DNA of 64,000 nucleotides from Williopsis jadinii. Lineage: Eukaryota. Numbering within the stretch: position 1 is the first letter of the stretch; the number at the start of each line of letters is the position of its first letter. The stretch spans positions 2,914,001 to 2,978,000 of the forward strand of contig AP024664.1 of assembly GCA_024346625.1 (NCBI GenBank), read 5' to 3'. Of the stretch, positions 53,617-64,000 are shown piece after piece. The position numbers were made by a program, and so were the translations under genes. The notes beneath the pieces were generated by a model. The model did no database searches and was not told where the DNA came from. It saw only the letters and a list, made by a program, of their open reading frames with translations.

Positions 53617-55914
53617 TCAACGTGCCCACATGACCGATGATTTTGGCCAGACACGTTTGTAGAGGGCCATTGCAATAACATCCTGTGAACTGATCTTACC
53701 GTCAAAGTTTGCCTTGAAGTAACCGTGTGTACCCAGACTGTCCTTGATGAAACCTGATCTCCCAGATTTTGTAAAGAGTGGGACAGACTTGAAGTACTGG
53801 ATATCGTGCTCGTTGAAGAACATGTAACGCACTGTGATGACTCTCTTGTGGATCTTCACGGCGTGACCAGTGATGACAGCACGCTTAGCCAAAACTCTCT
53901 GATGTTCTGCATTGAGGAAAGAACCATGGCCAATGAATTCGATCTTTCTTGGAGATTCAGAGGTCTGTTTGAAGAAGATGGCAGGTGCGATAGTGAATGT
54001 CACTGGTGCAATAGCTGTTGCAACACAGAGAGCATCCTTGTGCAAGAATCTTTCATACTTGTGAACATTGTTTGGAGTGTTTGATGCGTCGGAAAACACA
54101 GGCTTAATGACTTGACGTCTTGGGCCGTACTGGACAATCATGGTTTCCTTTGATGGTGTTGGCTTATCGTACTCTTCCCAGGATTGAATGGAGAAGTTCA
54201 CAACAGCAAGCTTATGTTCGTGTTCGAGCAATCCATAGATGATGAACGGTGCCACTGATGGGTTTGGGAATTTTGACACGATAAACTCTGGTGCCTTTAG
54301 GTAGATTCTAACCCTGGAACCAGCGACTGCTTGGGCCTCACCGATAGATGATTTGAGGATCTTGTTTTTCGTAGCCTTGAAGTTTGAGATACGTAAGAGT
54401 CTTCTCCATTCGCTAGGCGATCTTGGATCGTATTCATCACAATCCCATGTAGCGTTATATAGACTTTTCAAACCTCTGTATCTCTTGAGTCTCTCCTTAC
54501 CAGACTCAGTAGGAAGCAATTCGAGTTCATCAGGGAATTCACGATCTTCCTCCTCCTTATCACGGAACATCTGCAGTTGACGTTCCTCCTCTTCAGCATT
54601 GAGCTCAACAAACATTTCACTTTGTAAATCTTGTGGATCTTGGCCTTGCTCTGAATAGACGTCGTCATCCATATTGTCGTCATCCATCCCATCTTCATCC
54701 ATTTGATCGTCACTCTCATCATCATCATCTTCACCTTCAACAATATCATCCTCGAGGAACCATCTGGCTTGGTAATCAGAGGTACCTTCTGGCAAGTTCA
54801 GCTTGAGCTTCTTTGGCTGTTCAGGAACATACTCATAGTCATCATCATATCTGATAGCATCTGGGTTGTAATTTTGATGTTCTTCATCTTCCCAATCCTC
54901 CATATCCATTTCCTGAGGAGCCAATTCCTCCAGCGACTCCTGGTTTTCATTAGGAGTGAATCCTTCAACTTCGGATCTCGTAATCTTCTCGATACGTTCA
55001 ATTTGGAAATCTCCTTGACCTGGAATGTGAATCAATCTGTTTGCGTTGAAACCAATACCTCTAACAATACCTTCCACTTTAACCAAACCTTCATGAGACA
55101 CAGCTGGATTTGTAGGTTCCCATGAGACTTGGTCAGCAACTAACCAGCCTCTGGAATCTCTCCATGTTATTGATTTGGGGAACTTCTGGCACAACGTTCT
55201 GATTGCTATCAATGAATCGGACGCATTTTCCAAATTGTAGATCTTTTCTTCAGTTGGGAAGAAATGTTTGAAATAACTCTCAAGAGACTGTTTGACATCT
55301 GCCTGGAATTTCTCCTTTGGATGAACTTTAGACAGGTTGTTCACCACGCCCATTGTGTAGCCAATACCTTGTAGTTCTAAGGCTCTGATGATCTGTTCAC
55401 CATATTCCTGTTCCACTTCAGATGTACCAGAGAGACCGAAAACGACAAAGTCAGCCACCTTAGCAGCGTCCAAGATGGAGATGAAATCGTTAAAATCAGG
55501 GATGATAAACTTTAAGTTACTTTTGAACTTTTGGATCTTTACTGAGGTAACGGAAGGTGATTGGATCATGGACTTATCTTGTCCTGGCAAAGCAGCAGCA
55601 TCGATCAACTCATTTACGATTGACTCTGCAGACACATCCTCAGTCAATGGAATCACAGTGATGATTTTTTCCGCACCATTAGATCCCTCAAATAGTTTCC
55701 TACTCTCTGACGTTTGGAGAATCTTCTGATCTCTCAATTGTCTGGCCAAATTCTTTCTTTCAAGTTTGGAGTGTCCCTTTTTGACCTTTTGAACACTAGA
55801 TGTCTTTTCAATTTTACCCTTATATCTCGCCTTTATTGAGCCCTTCGATGCGTGTTTTGACTTGAATGGTTTGTGACCGTTCTTAACGGTTGATCTATGC
55901 GAATGACCAGCCAT
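53617..55914 (-). CDS. TSR1: Pre-40S biogenesis factor
   Basis: MAGHSHRSTVKNGHKPFKSKHASKG, PEGTSDYQARW, RYRGLKS, SLGTHGYFKA, LYKRVWP. Confidence 0.96.
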   Translation of the reverse strand: MAGHSHRSTVKNGHKPFKSKHASKGSIKARYKGKIEKTSSVQKVKKGHSKLERKNLARQLRDQKILQTSESRKLFEGSNGAEKIITVIPLTEDVSAESIVNELIDAAALPGQDKSMIQSPSVTSVKIQKFKSNLKFIIPDFNDFISILDAAKVADFVVFGLSGTSEVEQEYGEQIIRALELQGIGYTMGVVNNLSKVHPKEKFQADVKQSLESYFKHFFPTEEKIYNLENASDSLIAIRTLCQKFPKSITWRDSRGWLVADQVSWEPTNPAVSHEGLVKVEGIVRGIGFNANRLIHIPGQGDFQIERIEKITRSEVEGFTPNENQESLEELAPQEMDMEDWEDEEHQNYNPDAIRYDDDYEYVPEQPKKLKLNLPEGTSDYQARWFLEDDIVEGEDDDDESDDQMDEDGMDDDNMDDDVYSEQGQDPQDLQSEMFVELNAEEEERQLQMFRDKEEEDREFPDELELLPTESGKERLKRYRGLKSLYNATWDCDEYDPRSPSEWRRLLRISNFKATKNKILKSSIGEAQAVAGSRVRIYLKAPEFIVSKFPNPSVAPFIIYGLLEHEHKLAVVNFSIQSWEEYDKPTPSKETMIVQYGPRRQVIKPVFSDASNTPNNVHKYERFLHKDALCVATAIAPVTFTIAPAIFFKQTSESPRKIEFIGHGSFLNAEHQRVLAKRAVITGHAVKIHKRVITVRYMFFNEHDIQYFKSVPLFTKSGRSGFIKDSLGTHGYFKANFDGKISSQDVIAMALYKRVWPKSSVMWAR

Positions 55915-55993
55915 TGTAGTTAGCTAACGAGCTTGTAGAGTCAATGTCTTGTAGCAAAACCTCCAATATTAGTTTCTCAATTGATACCGCAGT

Positions 55994-56126
55994 AAAAATT
56001 TCATCGAATAAAATGCATGAGAAAGCAGGGCTCACAACCAGGTCATCGCACAAGCCCTAAAACATACACGTGACTACACATAGGGCAGCATAGGTTTTTC
56101 CTCGCTGTGACGATGAAAATTTTTCA
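55994..56126. promoter_or_regulatory. TSR1/RPS29 divergent promoter: RRPE x2, Tbf1-like and Cbf1 sites
   Basis: AAAAATTTCA (55994), GCCCTAA (56054), CACGTGAC (56067), TAGGGC (56081), TGAAAATTTTTCA (56114). Confidence 0.65.
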
Positions 56127-56623
56127 GTTGGGCTTCCGCGAAATTTTTGCTATGAGCCCGCCAGTGGCACTCCCTGGCGCGCGCTGTGTGTGTGGGACTC
56201 TTTCAACAAACTGAACAATTCAAACATCGAACAGACTCAGTAGCAGGTTTAGTTTACCAACACCAAAAGGTTAAGACATCAGTTAATGTGAGTGGAAAGT
56301 GATGACATGCGGGTTTGAAAGAGAGAGCGAGAGATATATTTGGTCTATAAGAGGTATATCCATGAAAGACCAGCAAGAACGTGTTGTATTAGTGACGGAT
56401 ACCAGACAATAGACCACAGACGTGAAGACAGTCGAAAGGAAAGCCAAATGATGTTTGAATATAGTGAATAAAGAAGAACAATCCATGGAGGTGAGATAGG
56501 ACACACCCTCTAAGGACCAACGCTACTTCAAGGACACATAGCAGACCATGGAAATCGACCTCTTCTTTCACCCGCACAGTCAATTTTCGAGTGCCAGAAT
56601 ACTAACTCAAGGACTATAGCAAA

Positions 56624-56794
56624 ATGGCTCACGAAAACGTTTGGTTCTCCCACCCAAGAAACTACGGTAAGGGTTCTCGTCAATGTAGAGTCTGTTCTTC
56701 TCACACTGGTTTGATCAGAAAGTACGGTTTGAACTTGTGTCGTCAATGTTTCAGAGAGAAGGCCAAGGACATTGGTTTCAACAAGTACCGTTAA
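56624..56794 (+). CDS. RPS29: 40S ribosomal protein uS14; probable 5'-UTR intron about 56288-56619
   Basis: [24 protein letters not shown]...[19 protein letters not shown] (56 aa, below the track cut-off); TACTAAC..TAG just before the ATG. Confidence 0.97.
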   Translation: MAHENVWFSHPRNYGKGSRQCRVCSSHTGLIRKYGLNLCRQCFREKAKDIGFNKYR

Positions 56795-57057
56795 GAAAAC
56801 TTCTATTTGCTGCTAATGCTGGTTGATCGTTTCATATCGAACATGTTTTAATCTACACAAAAAGGTTATGTATACCACTGACTTGTAGAATGCCTTCCTA
56901 TTGGGCCTTGTAGCTGAATACTCAATGAGCTGTTGAAATCCGCTAAAGCTATTGGACGTGTCCGTACCAGACTATCCGGACTTAAATTGGTCGTCTGGCT
57001 ATTGATGGAGTACAAGAACAGTAGTTATGGTGAGCTTAGAACGATAAAAGGTCTAAA

Positions 57058-58353
57058 ATGGATGCTAGTGCTATAACAACATCGTCATCTTTCTTCAAGT
57101 GTAACTCGTGCTCTATCCAGTTCCCGAATTCTGATGCGCAGAGATACCACATGAAGACAGATTGGCACAGGTATAACCTCAAAAGAAGAGTTGCAGGTTT
57201 GCCACCTGTGGATGCTGCTATCTATGCTGAGAAGGTCCAGCAGTCACAGAAGTACCAGGAAGAAACAGACGAGTTTGGATTTAAGGTCTTAAAGCCAAAG
57301 GATAAGAGTCTTCATATCAACAAACAGCACCCGAGAGGCCGTATCTCTCAGATCTCTCATGGATTCCACAAGGACCATTTGGAAGACAGAGGAGTGAGCC
57401 CTGCTAGTGTCACCAGTGATTTCTCTCACTTAAGTATGGGAGAATCTGTGTATTCGCATCCTGCTACACATACAGATGTGGACAGTAACTTTGATACGGG
57501 ATCTGAACTGGCTACGCAGTCCGACGACGAGGATTATAACGATGACCAAGATTACTCCGATGACTATGACAGTGATAACTTGCAGAGCGATGACGAATTT
57601 GTTGAAGAGCCTTTACAGCCAATCACGAGCTGTATCTTTTGTGGAGTGGCTCATAATGAGCTGGAACAGAACGTTACACATATGTTTAAGAGCCATGGCC
57701 TGTACATTCCTGAACGGTCATATTTAGTAGATCTCAAGGGGTTATTGGAGTACTTGATCTCTGTCATTGTCATTGAGAATGAATGTCTATGTTGCAATTT
57801 CCAAGGTAAAAACTTGGAGAGCATTAGAGCTCATGTCACATCGAAGGGTCATTGTCGACTACCGTATGAGTCTAAAGAGGAAAGGGCAAGATTCGCAGAC
57901 TTTTATGACTTTTCCAGCACTGAAGCAGTCGCTGTTAAATCATCGTCAAAGAAGAAAGTTGGATTCCAGGAGGATAGTGAAGCTGATACACCAACTGAAG
58001 GAAGTCAAAGTGAAGACAGCGATGATAACGGTATGAATGACAATTACACAATTGCCACCATTGATCCGGTGATTTCAGAGTTGAACTTGCCCAATGGTTC
58101 AAGGCTGGGTCACAGATCGTTGCAGAGGATCTACAGACAGCATATCCCATCACCACGTCCTCCAACAGAGTCCCAACTAACAGTGGCATCGGCTGATAAG
58201 AGGTTTGGTCAGTTGACAGCTATGGAGTACAAGAAGGAGATTCTACAGCCAAAATTGATAGAGATGAGAGACCAGAATAAAATTATAAGAAAGGAAACTA
58301 AAAAAAGGGTCAACTTCCAAGCACATTTCAGAGATCAAATGCTTGGTGGTTGA
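57058..58353 (+). CDS. REI1: Cytoplasmic pre-60S zinc-finger factor Rei1/Reh1
   Basis: CNSC...HMKTDWHRYNLKRRVAGLPP, HGLYIPE, KGHC, LGHRSLQRIYRQ, HFRDQML. Which paralogue is uncertain. Confidence 0.85.
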   Translation: MDASAITTSSSFFKCNSCSIQFPNSDAQRYHMKTDWHRYNLKRRVAGLPPVDAAIYAEKVQQSQKYQEETDEFGFKVLKPKDKSLHINKQHPRGRISQISHGFHKDHLEDRGVSPASVTSDFSHLSMGESVYSHPATHTDVDSNFDTGSELATQSDDEDYNDDQDYSDDYDSDNLQSDDEFVEEPLQPITSCIFCGVAHNELEQNVTHMFKSHGLYIPERSYLVDLKGLLEYLISVIVIENECLCCNFQGKNLESIRAHVTSKGHCRLPYESKEERARFADFYDFSSTEAVAVKSSSKKKVGFQEDSEADTPTEGSQSEDSDDNGMNDNYTIATIDPVISELNLPNGSRLGHRSLQRIYRQHIPSPRPPTESQLTVASADKRFGQLTAMEYKKEILQPKLIEMRDQNKIIRKETKKRVNFQAHFRDQMLGG

Positions 58354-58397
58354 GGTTTTCAATGAGGTTCTTCTATACCTGTCACATATCTGTAGAT

Positions 58398-60858
58398 TTA
58401 ACGATCACCTCCGAATCCTTTAAGAACGAACGACCTTCCTGATATTTTGCGCACTGCACTTTTCAAATCATTTGGCTTTGGTGTACTGAGGGATTGATCA
58501 GTCTCTGCGGTTGGTGATCTCAATTCCACAGATGGCGTAGATGCATCATATTTTGGCAAGTTCTTGACGTTGTTAATTGAAGTTGCGTTCTCCAAGACTT
58601 GATCCTCTTTCAACTGTTGAACTTTGCTAAACTTATTTAGGAGATCATCCCAGTGATGAGTTGATTTCAAGGAGCTCGTATCATCTAAACGTTCTTGTCC
58701 AACTTGTGGGAAACTGGTGATAACGTTAACACTGTTCAACCTGTTCTTTAGAGTAGAGAAGGCAGACGACTGAGGTAGAACCATTAAGATACCGTAGAGA
58801 CATTTGTACAAATATGGGTGGTTCTCTGGTTCCAGAAGTTGAAGTCTTACCCTTGTGAAAACTGGCGATTCTAAAAGTTGAACAAGTACATCAATCTGCA
58901 CCAACGTATTTACAGTAATCTCAAACTCAACAAAAATCTGTAACACCGCATATGCTAACTCGTACGCTTGTGCCCATAGACACAATGCCAAAGTTGCGGG
59001 TGCATTATGGCACCAAGCTTTGAATAAGCTTGTAAACAGAACCCAGTTGTCATCGTTTTTACGAAGTTTTCGTCTTAGCGGAGACAATTCTGGAGCAGTG
59101 ATTAAGTTGTTGTTCAGAATCTGAATGATGATACTTGCAAATGTGATATCCTTCTCATTTTCCAGTGCATTCCCCAAAGTTTGGTATACTCTTACAGGGT
59201 CCAAAGAAATACAGAGCTTTCTCAAGATGAAGTTTCCTCTCGTCTCCAGAAGCCTTTGATCTTTTTTGTAGAGATCTAGGAGGTTCACCATTATGTATGA
59301 AAAGCTTTTATCATCGCTTGAATGAGAAACTTCAGAGAGCAATTGTAAATCTTTATGTATGACTTGTTCGTTTGAGTCGGACAACGCTTTTAATAAGACG
59401 GTGAACAACTCATCGCCTCTTGTTAATAGCTGTTCTGGTGATTTCTGATAAAGCATCTTGAGCCAATCTAAGACGGCCATCTTTGTTTCTTCATTTTCGT
59501 TTAAAAAATGTGACGTGAGTTGGTTAATCGTTGACGAATAATTCAACCTCTTTTCTTCTGCTTCACCAAGGTCTTTAATTAACTCCATCAATGCCGAATT
59601 GAAATCTTTTGAGTTCTGTTTTAGCGTTGAATTATCGTTATTTGCCATTGTCAACAATATCACGGATAACAATTTGGATAGGTAGGGAACGAAGGACATT
59701 GGAGAGATTTCCAGTAACGATTCAAGCCAATTAAGAACAACAATTTGAATCTTTGCATCTGAGGCATCTATGTGAGAAATCAAAATTTCCAGGATCTTTG
59801 GATAGTCCAAACGTACATCTTGACCAGGGATGTACAGTTCACCATTGTGTTTGAGTAAAGAGTCATCCTTTACATTCTTTTCATCTGCCTCATCATCACT
59901 GTTTGTATTCGAGGATTGTGCCATATTTTGTTCCACAAGTTTTTGAATCTCTGATATTCTTCTAATCTCATGGAGCAAAAGGTCCAAGGCACTTTGAGTA
60001 ATTACCCTCACATCTGTGTGTGAATCACCCAGGAAATTCAGCAATCCGCCTAGAAACGCTGGCAAATAAGACACTAATTCGAGGTCTGGCACAGCATTTA
60101 ACGTTGTGATCCAGGAGACGAGAAATACCCTTGTAAATGGATCGATTGTGTTAATTCTCTCCATTAGAAGCGGTATGAATTTCGGCAATGAAAACGCCCT
60201 TGCATTCTGTTGAGGCTGGAACTGCAAAGTCTCTCCATTTGAAGTATACGTCGCTTGTGTTGCCCTTTTATAATCCCCCTCTGGATCCATTGGTATTATC
60301 GAGATATAGCTTGACGCATTATCATGGACAATATCTTTAATCAACCTATCCAGGAGGTCTGCACCGCTTTTGACGCTCACGTCCGAGTCCGCGCTAAGTT
60401 TACATAGAACGTCAAAGATCTCATTGAAGTATCTCAAGATCTCACCTCTTGCAACCTTTGCAATGTTGAACAGCGACTCACTTGCATAGTACCTTACTTG
60501 AGCATCCTGATCGCCAAAACACGCGAGGACAGGATGGATGATATCGTCCAAATGCTGAGCCAGCTCTTGCTGCCCCAGTGCGATCGCCGTTGCAGCCAGT
60601 CCAATCAGTCCACCGTTACGAGCATCGGGCTTATGAACAGCATATGCAAAGTCCTTCGACAGCTGGTCAATGATCGCATTGATCTTGTCTGGATCAGTCT
60701 TTACAAACACTTTCACCTGTTCTTCCAGCTCCTTAGCGGCATTCTTTCTCTTATCGTACACTCTATCGTTCAACCTCTTAACAATCGAGGCATCTGTCGT
60801 GTTCCACAACGATTAGTAACGGCTTACAGAGAAAACCATTGTGTAGATACTCACCCAT
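58398..60858 (-). CDS. VAC14: PI(3,5)P2 regulatory scaffold; exon 1 60855-60858, intron 60794-60854
   Basis: MD|ASIVKRLNDRVYDKRK, RNGGLIGLAA, LVQLLESPVFTRVRLQLL, LPQSSAF. Confidence 0.96.
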
Positions 60859-61090
60859 GGCTTCAAGGAGCAAACTTCAGACGCTTTCCTCTATTTATTT
60901 TCGTAAACAATGATAATGTACCGCTGGTAAACAAACGATTAGCCGCTGTGGAGGGAAGGACGGGGGTGGTGAGCTTTTCCGAATTGTAAACAAACATCGC
61001 ACCCGGACACCACGGCCGCTTAGCCTCGGGGACGTGCGAGCTACACTGATTATGGAACCAAGCATTTTGATTGGAGATGGCTATAAGGGA

Positions 61091-61714
61091 TCACTGCTGT
61101 GCACAACCTTCCAGATCTTCATCTTTGATCTCAACGTTACTCAAATCACCCAGTTTCGAGTCTGCCAATTCATCTGGTACGTTACCAGTTGTCTCCATCT
61201 CTTCCAGTTTACCAGATATGTACTCAAAATCCTTCGTATCGTCGTAGTCCTCTTTTTCAAATCTACTTACAATGTCATTAACGATGTTATATTGCAGCTG
61301 GTACCTTTCGTATTCCTTGGGTTCCAACGTATCCTTGTTCTTGTCCAGCCAATCAGGGTACTTCACCGATAGCGATTTCAATGGCTCATACATCATAGAT
61401 TTGGACATTAGCACACCCATACTCTCCATTAACGCCTTTGAGATGTCGTCATCCAATGACATGTTCTGCATCATCTCCTCCAATTCCTCATCCACGTTCT
61501 TACCATTGGGGTCAACTTTCGTCTTGAGCCTATTTAGCGTCTCCTCAATTGTGTCCTTCAGATTCTCCGCCGTGGCAGCAGAAGTGGCATTGTCACCACC
61601 ACTCTCTTTAGATTCTTGCGTAGATTGTGTCTTTTCTTTGGCGTCCGTCTCTGCGAAAACTTCATCTTGGAACTCATCCAGATAGTCATCCAAATCGTCT
61701 AAATCGTCAGCCAT
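61091..61714 (-). CDS. PEX19: Peroxisomal membrane protein receptor
   Basis: DDLDDYLDEF, LMSKSMMYEPLK..YPDWL..ERYQLQ, CaaX CAQQ. Confidence 0.9.
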   Translation of the reverse strand: MADDLDDLDDYLDEFQDEVFAETDAKEKTQSTQESKESGGDNATSAATAENLKDTIEETLNRLKTKVDPNGKNVDEELEEMMQNMSLDDDISKALMESMGVLMSKSMMYEPLKSLSVKYPDWLDKNKDTLEPKEYERYQLQYNIVNDIVSRFEKEDYDDTKDFEYISGKLEEMETTGNVPDELADSKLGDLSNVEIKDEDLEGCAQQ

Positions 61715-62107
61715 TGCTTCTCACCGGGTGTACTGGTCCTCCTGTTCGTACCGCTAGGACGGTGTTCTTCGTCTGCCTCCATAACAATTCTCCGGTTTGC
61801 TGCAAAAAAATCCCCCCATCTCGGTTCCAGGCACAACAAACCCAGCCAAACGGTCAGCAATGCACACACAAAGTTGGACCGCCGAGCGGTGCTGGGACAA
61901 AAATCAGCGGAAGGAAAACTGGCAGAGGCCCCACCACCACCACCCAACCTCGCACCGTCCAGCGAGCGCGCGCCGGCACTGAGAGCTTTTGTACGCACCG
62001 CTAACAAACGCCAACATCAGCGGTAACAACATCGCGAGTTTTACGGCCTACAAAAACCAAAACAACAACGACGAAGACAACAACAACACCAACCACACCA
62101 ACAACCG

Positions 62108-62587
62108 ATGTCTTCTTTGTTGAAGAACCGTCTCCAGGAGGAGAGAAAGCAGTGGCGGAAGGACCACCCGTACGGGTTCTTCGCTAAACCTGAAAAGAGT
62201 GCAGATGGGTCGTTGAATTTACAGAGCTGGACAGCTGGTGTCCCAGGAAAGGACAATACCATCTGGGAAAACGCCACTTATCCATTGACGATCACATTCC
62301 CCAACGATTTCCCTTCGAAACCGCCGAAGGTAAGGCTCCCAGCTGGGTTCTACCACCCTAACGTTTACCCCTCTGGAACCATCTGTCTTTCGATATTGAA
62401 CGAGGACCAAGATTGGAGACCTGGTATCAACTTGAAACAGATCTTGTTAGGCGTACAAGAACTATTGGATACACCAAACCCGGATTCCCCAGCACAGGAA
62501 CCGGCTTGGAGAGCATTCGGTAAAGATCGTGCTCTTTACGAAAAGAAGGTGATAGAGCAGGCAAAGAAGTACGCCAAAGCTGGTTAA
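62108..62587 (+). CDS. UBC9: SUMO E2 conjugating enzyme
   Basis: RLQEERKQWRKDHPYGF, HPNVYPSGTICLSIL. Confidence 0.97.
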   Translation: MSSLLKNRLQEERKQWRKDHPYGFFAKPEKSADGSLNLQSWTAGVPGKDNTIWENATYPLTITFPNDFPSKPPKVRLPAGFYHPNVYPSGTICLSILNEDQDWRPGINLKQILLGVQELLDTPNPDSPAQEPAWRAFGKDRALYEKKVIEQAKKYAKAG

Positions 62588-62668
62588 AGCCCTGTTCTCC
62601 TACGAGCGAAACGAACACAAACGTTTGCCTTTAGTATACGTGTAAAAGTACATACATATAATCTATTA

Positions 62669-64000
62669 CTATACCTCACTCTTCTTGTAGTCGATGAATC
62701 TGCCCAGGTTGTTGTAGATCTCCTCAGCCTTCAATTTGAACTCCTTATCAACATTCTTGTCGACAAGTTTGAAACTGGTCTTCACCCTTGGAGCAAGCTG
62801 CTCCAATCTCTTCAAATAACACTGAGATACAAAGACTGGGGTGTTGTAATCGTACAAAGAATCACCATAAATGTCGTAGAGCTGATCAAGAATTTCAAAT
62901 GTTAGTCTGGAAGGTGTCTTATCACTCTCTAACAGATTGAACAACAGTTGAGAAATCAACAGGTTTCTTTCCACTTGGCCTTGTTGCTTTGCCAACATGG
63001 ATAGCACTCCAACTAAGCGAATCGAATATTCAACATTGTCCGAGGAAGATGAGTTGGAGTCCAACTCTTGACATAGAGATTGTACGAAGGAAGAGTCCAG
63101 TTCAAGCGGAACAACGTTTAAAATTGCCCATAGACATCCAAATATAGAGGTCTTTTCTTCAACATCACATTGAGAGAGATCCAACTGGGAGAGCTCTACC
63201 CATATCTGTTGGGCAATTGAGGTCCATTGTGGAACTTGAATTGATACGAACAACCATGACAAATTATTCAATGCAGTCAAAGCTCTTGATCTAAACTCCA
63301 AATGTGGAATCAGCGCAATTAACACGTCTCGCACTTGAGTACATAGCGCGTTGGCCAATTCGGCATCAAGTGAGTCATTATACGAGATGAGCTCAATCAT
63401 TGCAGTGAGAAGTTCGAGGGACAATTCCACAGTTTGGAACTCTGCCCTCGCATCAACTCTTTTCTTTGCATCCATCTTCAGTTCATCCAACTTCCCATTA
63501 TCGATCTCTTTCAACATTATATCTCTGTTTAAACCTATGTCAATTGTGGTCAATGTTCCCAAGATCTTTGCAACTATCTGAACAAATGCAGATTGGTCTG
63601 AAATGTCAACAAGCTGCAATCTAATACCTTGAATATACACTCTAGACAAGTTTGTGAATCTAGGAACCTCATTCACAAAGGTTTCGAGTAACTCAAAGTT
63701 CAAGTCCCATTCGCTTGTCAAACTTTGAACAAACTCATCGCTAATGGTACTGAAATCGTAGATGAGATCCAAGATCGCGTTGAACAGAGATACTGTTATC
63801 TTCAGTTCTTTGTTCTTGAAGTCCAATGCGACCGCAAGGATATCCTTCAAGAATTCTCTGAGTGAGTTCATCTCCTTCATAACAGCATTGAATATGTCGT
63901 CACTTGAATCACACAACCCGACAATTAAAGAGATCAGATTCTCAATCATATCAAACAACAACGACTTGGCAACCTTATCCAAAGATGTTGCGTCCACCTT
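62669..64000 (-). CDS. SYO1: Symportin Syo1 (HEATR3); 3' part, starts beyond the window
   Basis: ALNNLSW, YDIYGD..YDYN.PVFV, NLGRFIDYKKSE. Confidence 0.8.
   Translation of the reverse strand, partial: KVDATSLDKVAKSLLFDMIENLISLIVGLCDSSDDIFNAVMKEMNSLREFLKDILAVALDFKNKELKITVSLFNAILDLIYDFSTISDEFVQSLTSEWDLNFELLETFVNEVPRFTNLSRVYIQGIRLQLVDISDQSAFVQIVAKILGTLTTIDIGLNRDIMLKEIDNGKLDELKMDAKKRVDARAEFQTVELSLELLTAMIELISYNDSLDAELANALCTQVRDVLIALIPHLEFRSRALTALNNLSWLFVSIQVPQWTSIAQQIWVELSQLDLSQCDVEEKTSIFGCLWAILNVVPLELDSSFVQSLCQELDSNSSSSDNVEYSIRLVGVLSMLAKQQGQVERNLLISQLLFNLLESDKTPSRLTFEILDQLYDIYGDSLYDYNTPVFVSQCYLKRLEQLAPRVKTSFKLVDKNVDKEFKLKAEEIYNNLGRFIDYKKSEV

Noticed and set aside
1..64000. Transposons/LTRs, CRISPR, HGT islands, alternative CUG code
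   Set aside because: No gag/pol/transposase ORFs, spaced repeats or bacterial-like genes were seen, and CTG aligns with conserved Leu. Degenerate solo LTRs cannot be excluded by eye.

Overview
Gene-dense chromosomal window from a budding yeast (Saccharomycotina). CTG reads as Leu at conserved positions (UTP11 MAKLVH, MTG1 PPLG). The relatively many short introns suggest a Cyberlindnera/Wickerhamomyces-like lineage, which is inference only. I can support about 37 protein-coding genes, mostly housekeeping: mitochondrial, ribosome biogenesis, replication/telomere, vacuole/ER and peroxisome. Several were missed or mis-started by the ORF track and were rebuilt by hand from splice signals: OST5, YOS1, RPS29, an ETFRF1/LYRM5-like gene, ATM1, and the 5' exons of YKU80, AIP1, VTC1, RPS24, VAC14 and a Hap4L gene. 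There is one intron-containing tRNA-Arg(ACG) and one H/ACA snoRNA (snR34 orthologue). No transposon, CRISPR or prophage was seen. Most notable: MTG1 is frameshifted by a 4-bp duplication; 7 of 18 coding introns use AAG acceptors, including all four in YKU80; a Hap4L regulator lacks the bZIP basic region and Cys clusters; there is a motif-dense orphan proline-rich protein; and the two ribosomal-protein promoters use different regulatory codes. I did not find a clearly new multi-gene system. Gene names come from recalled motifs, not database searches.
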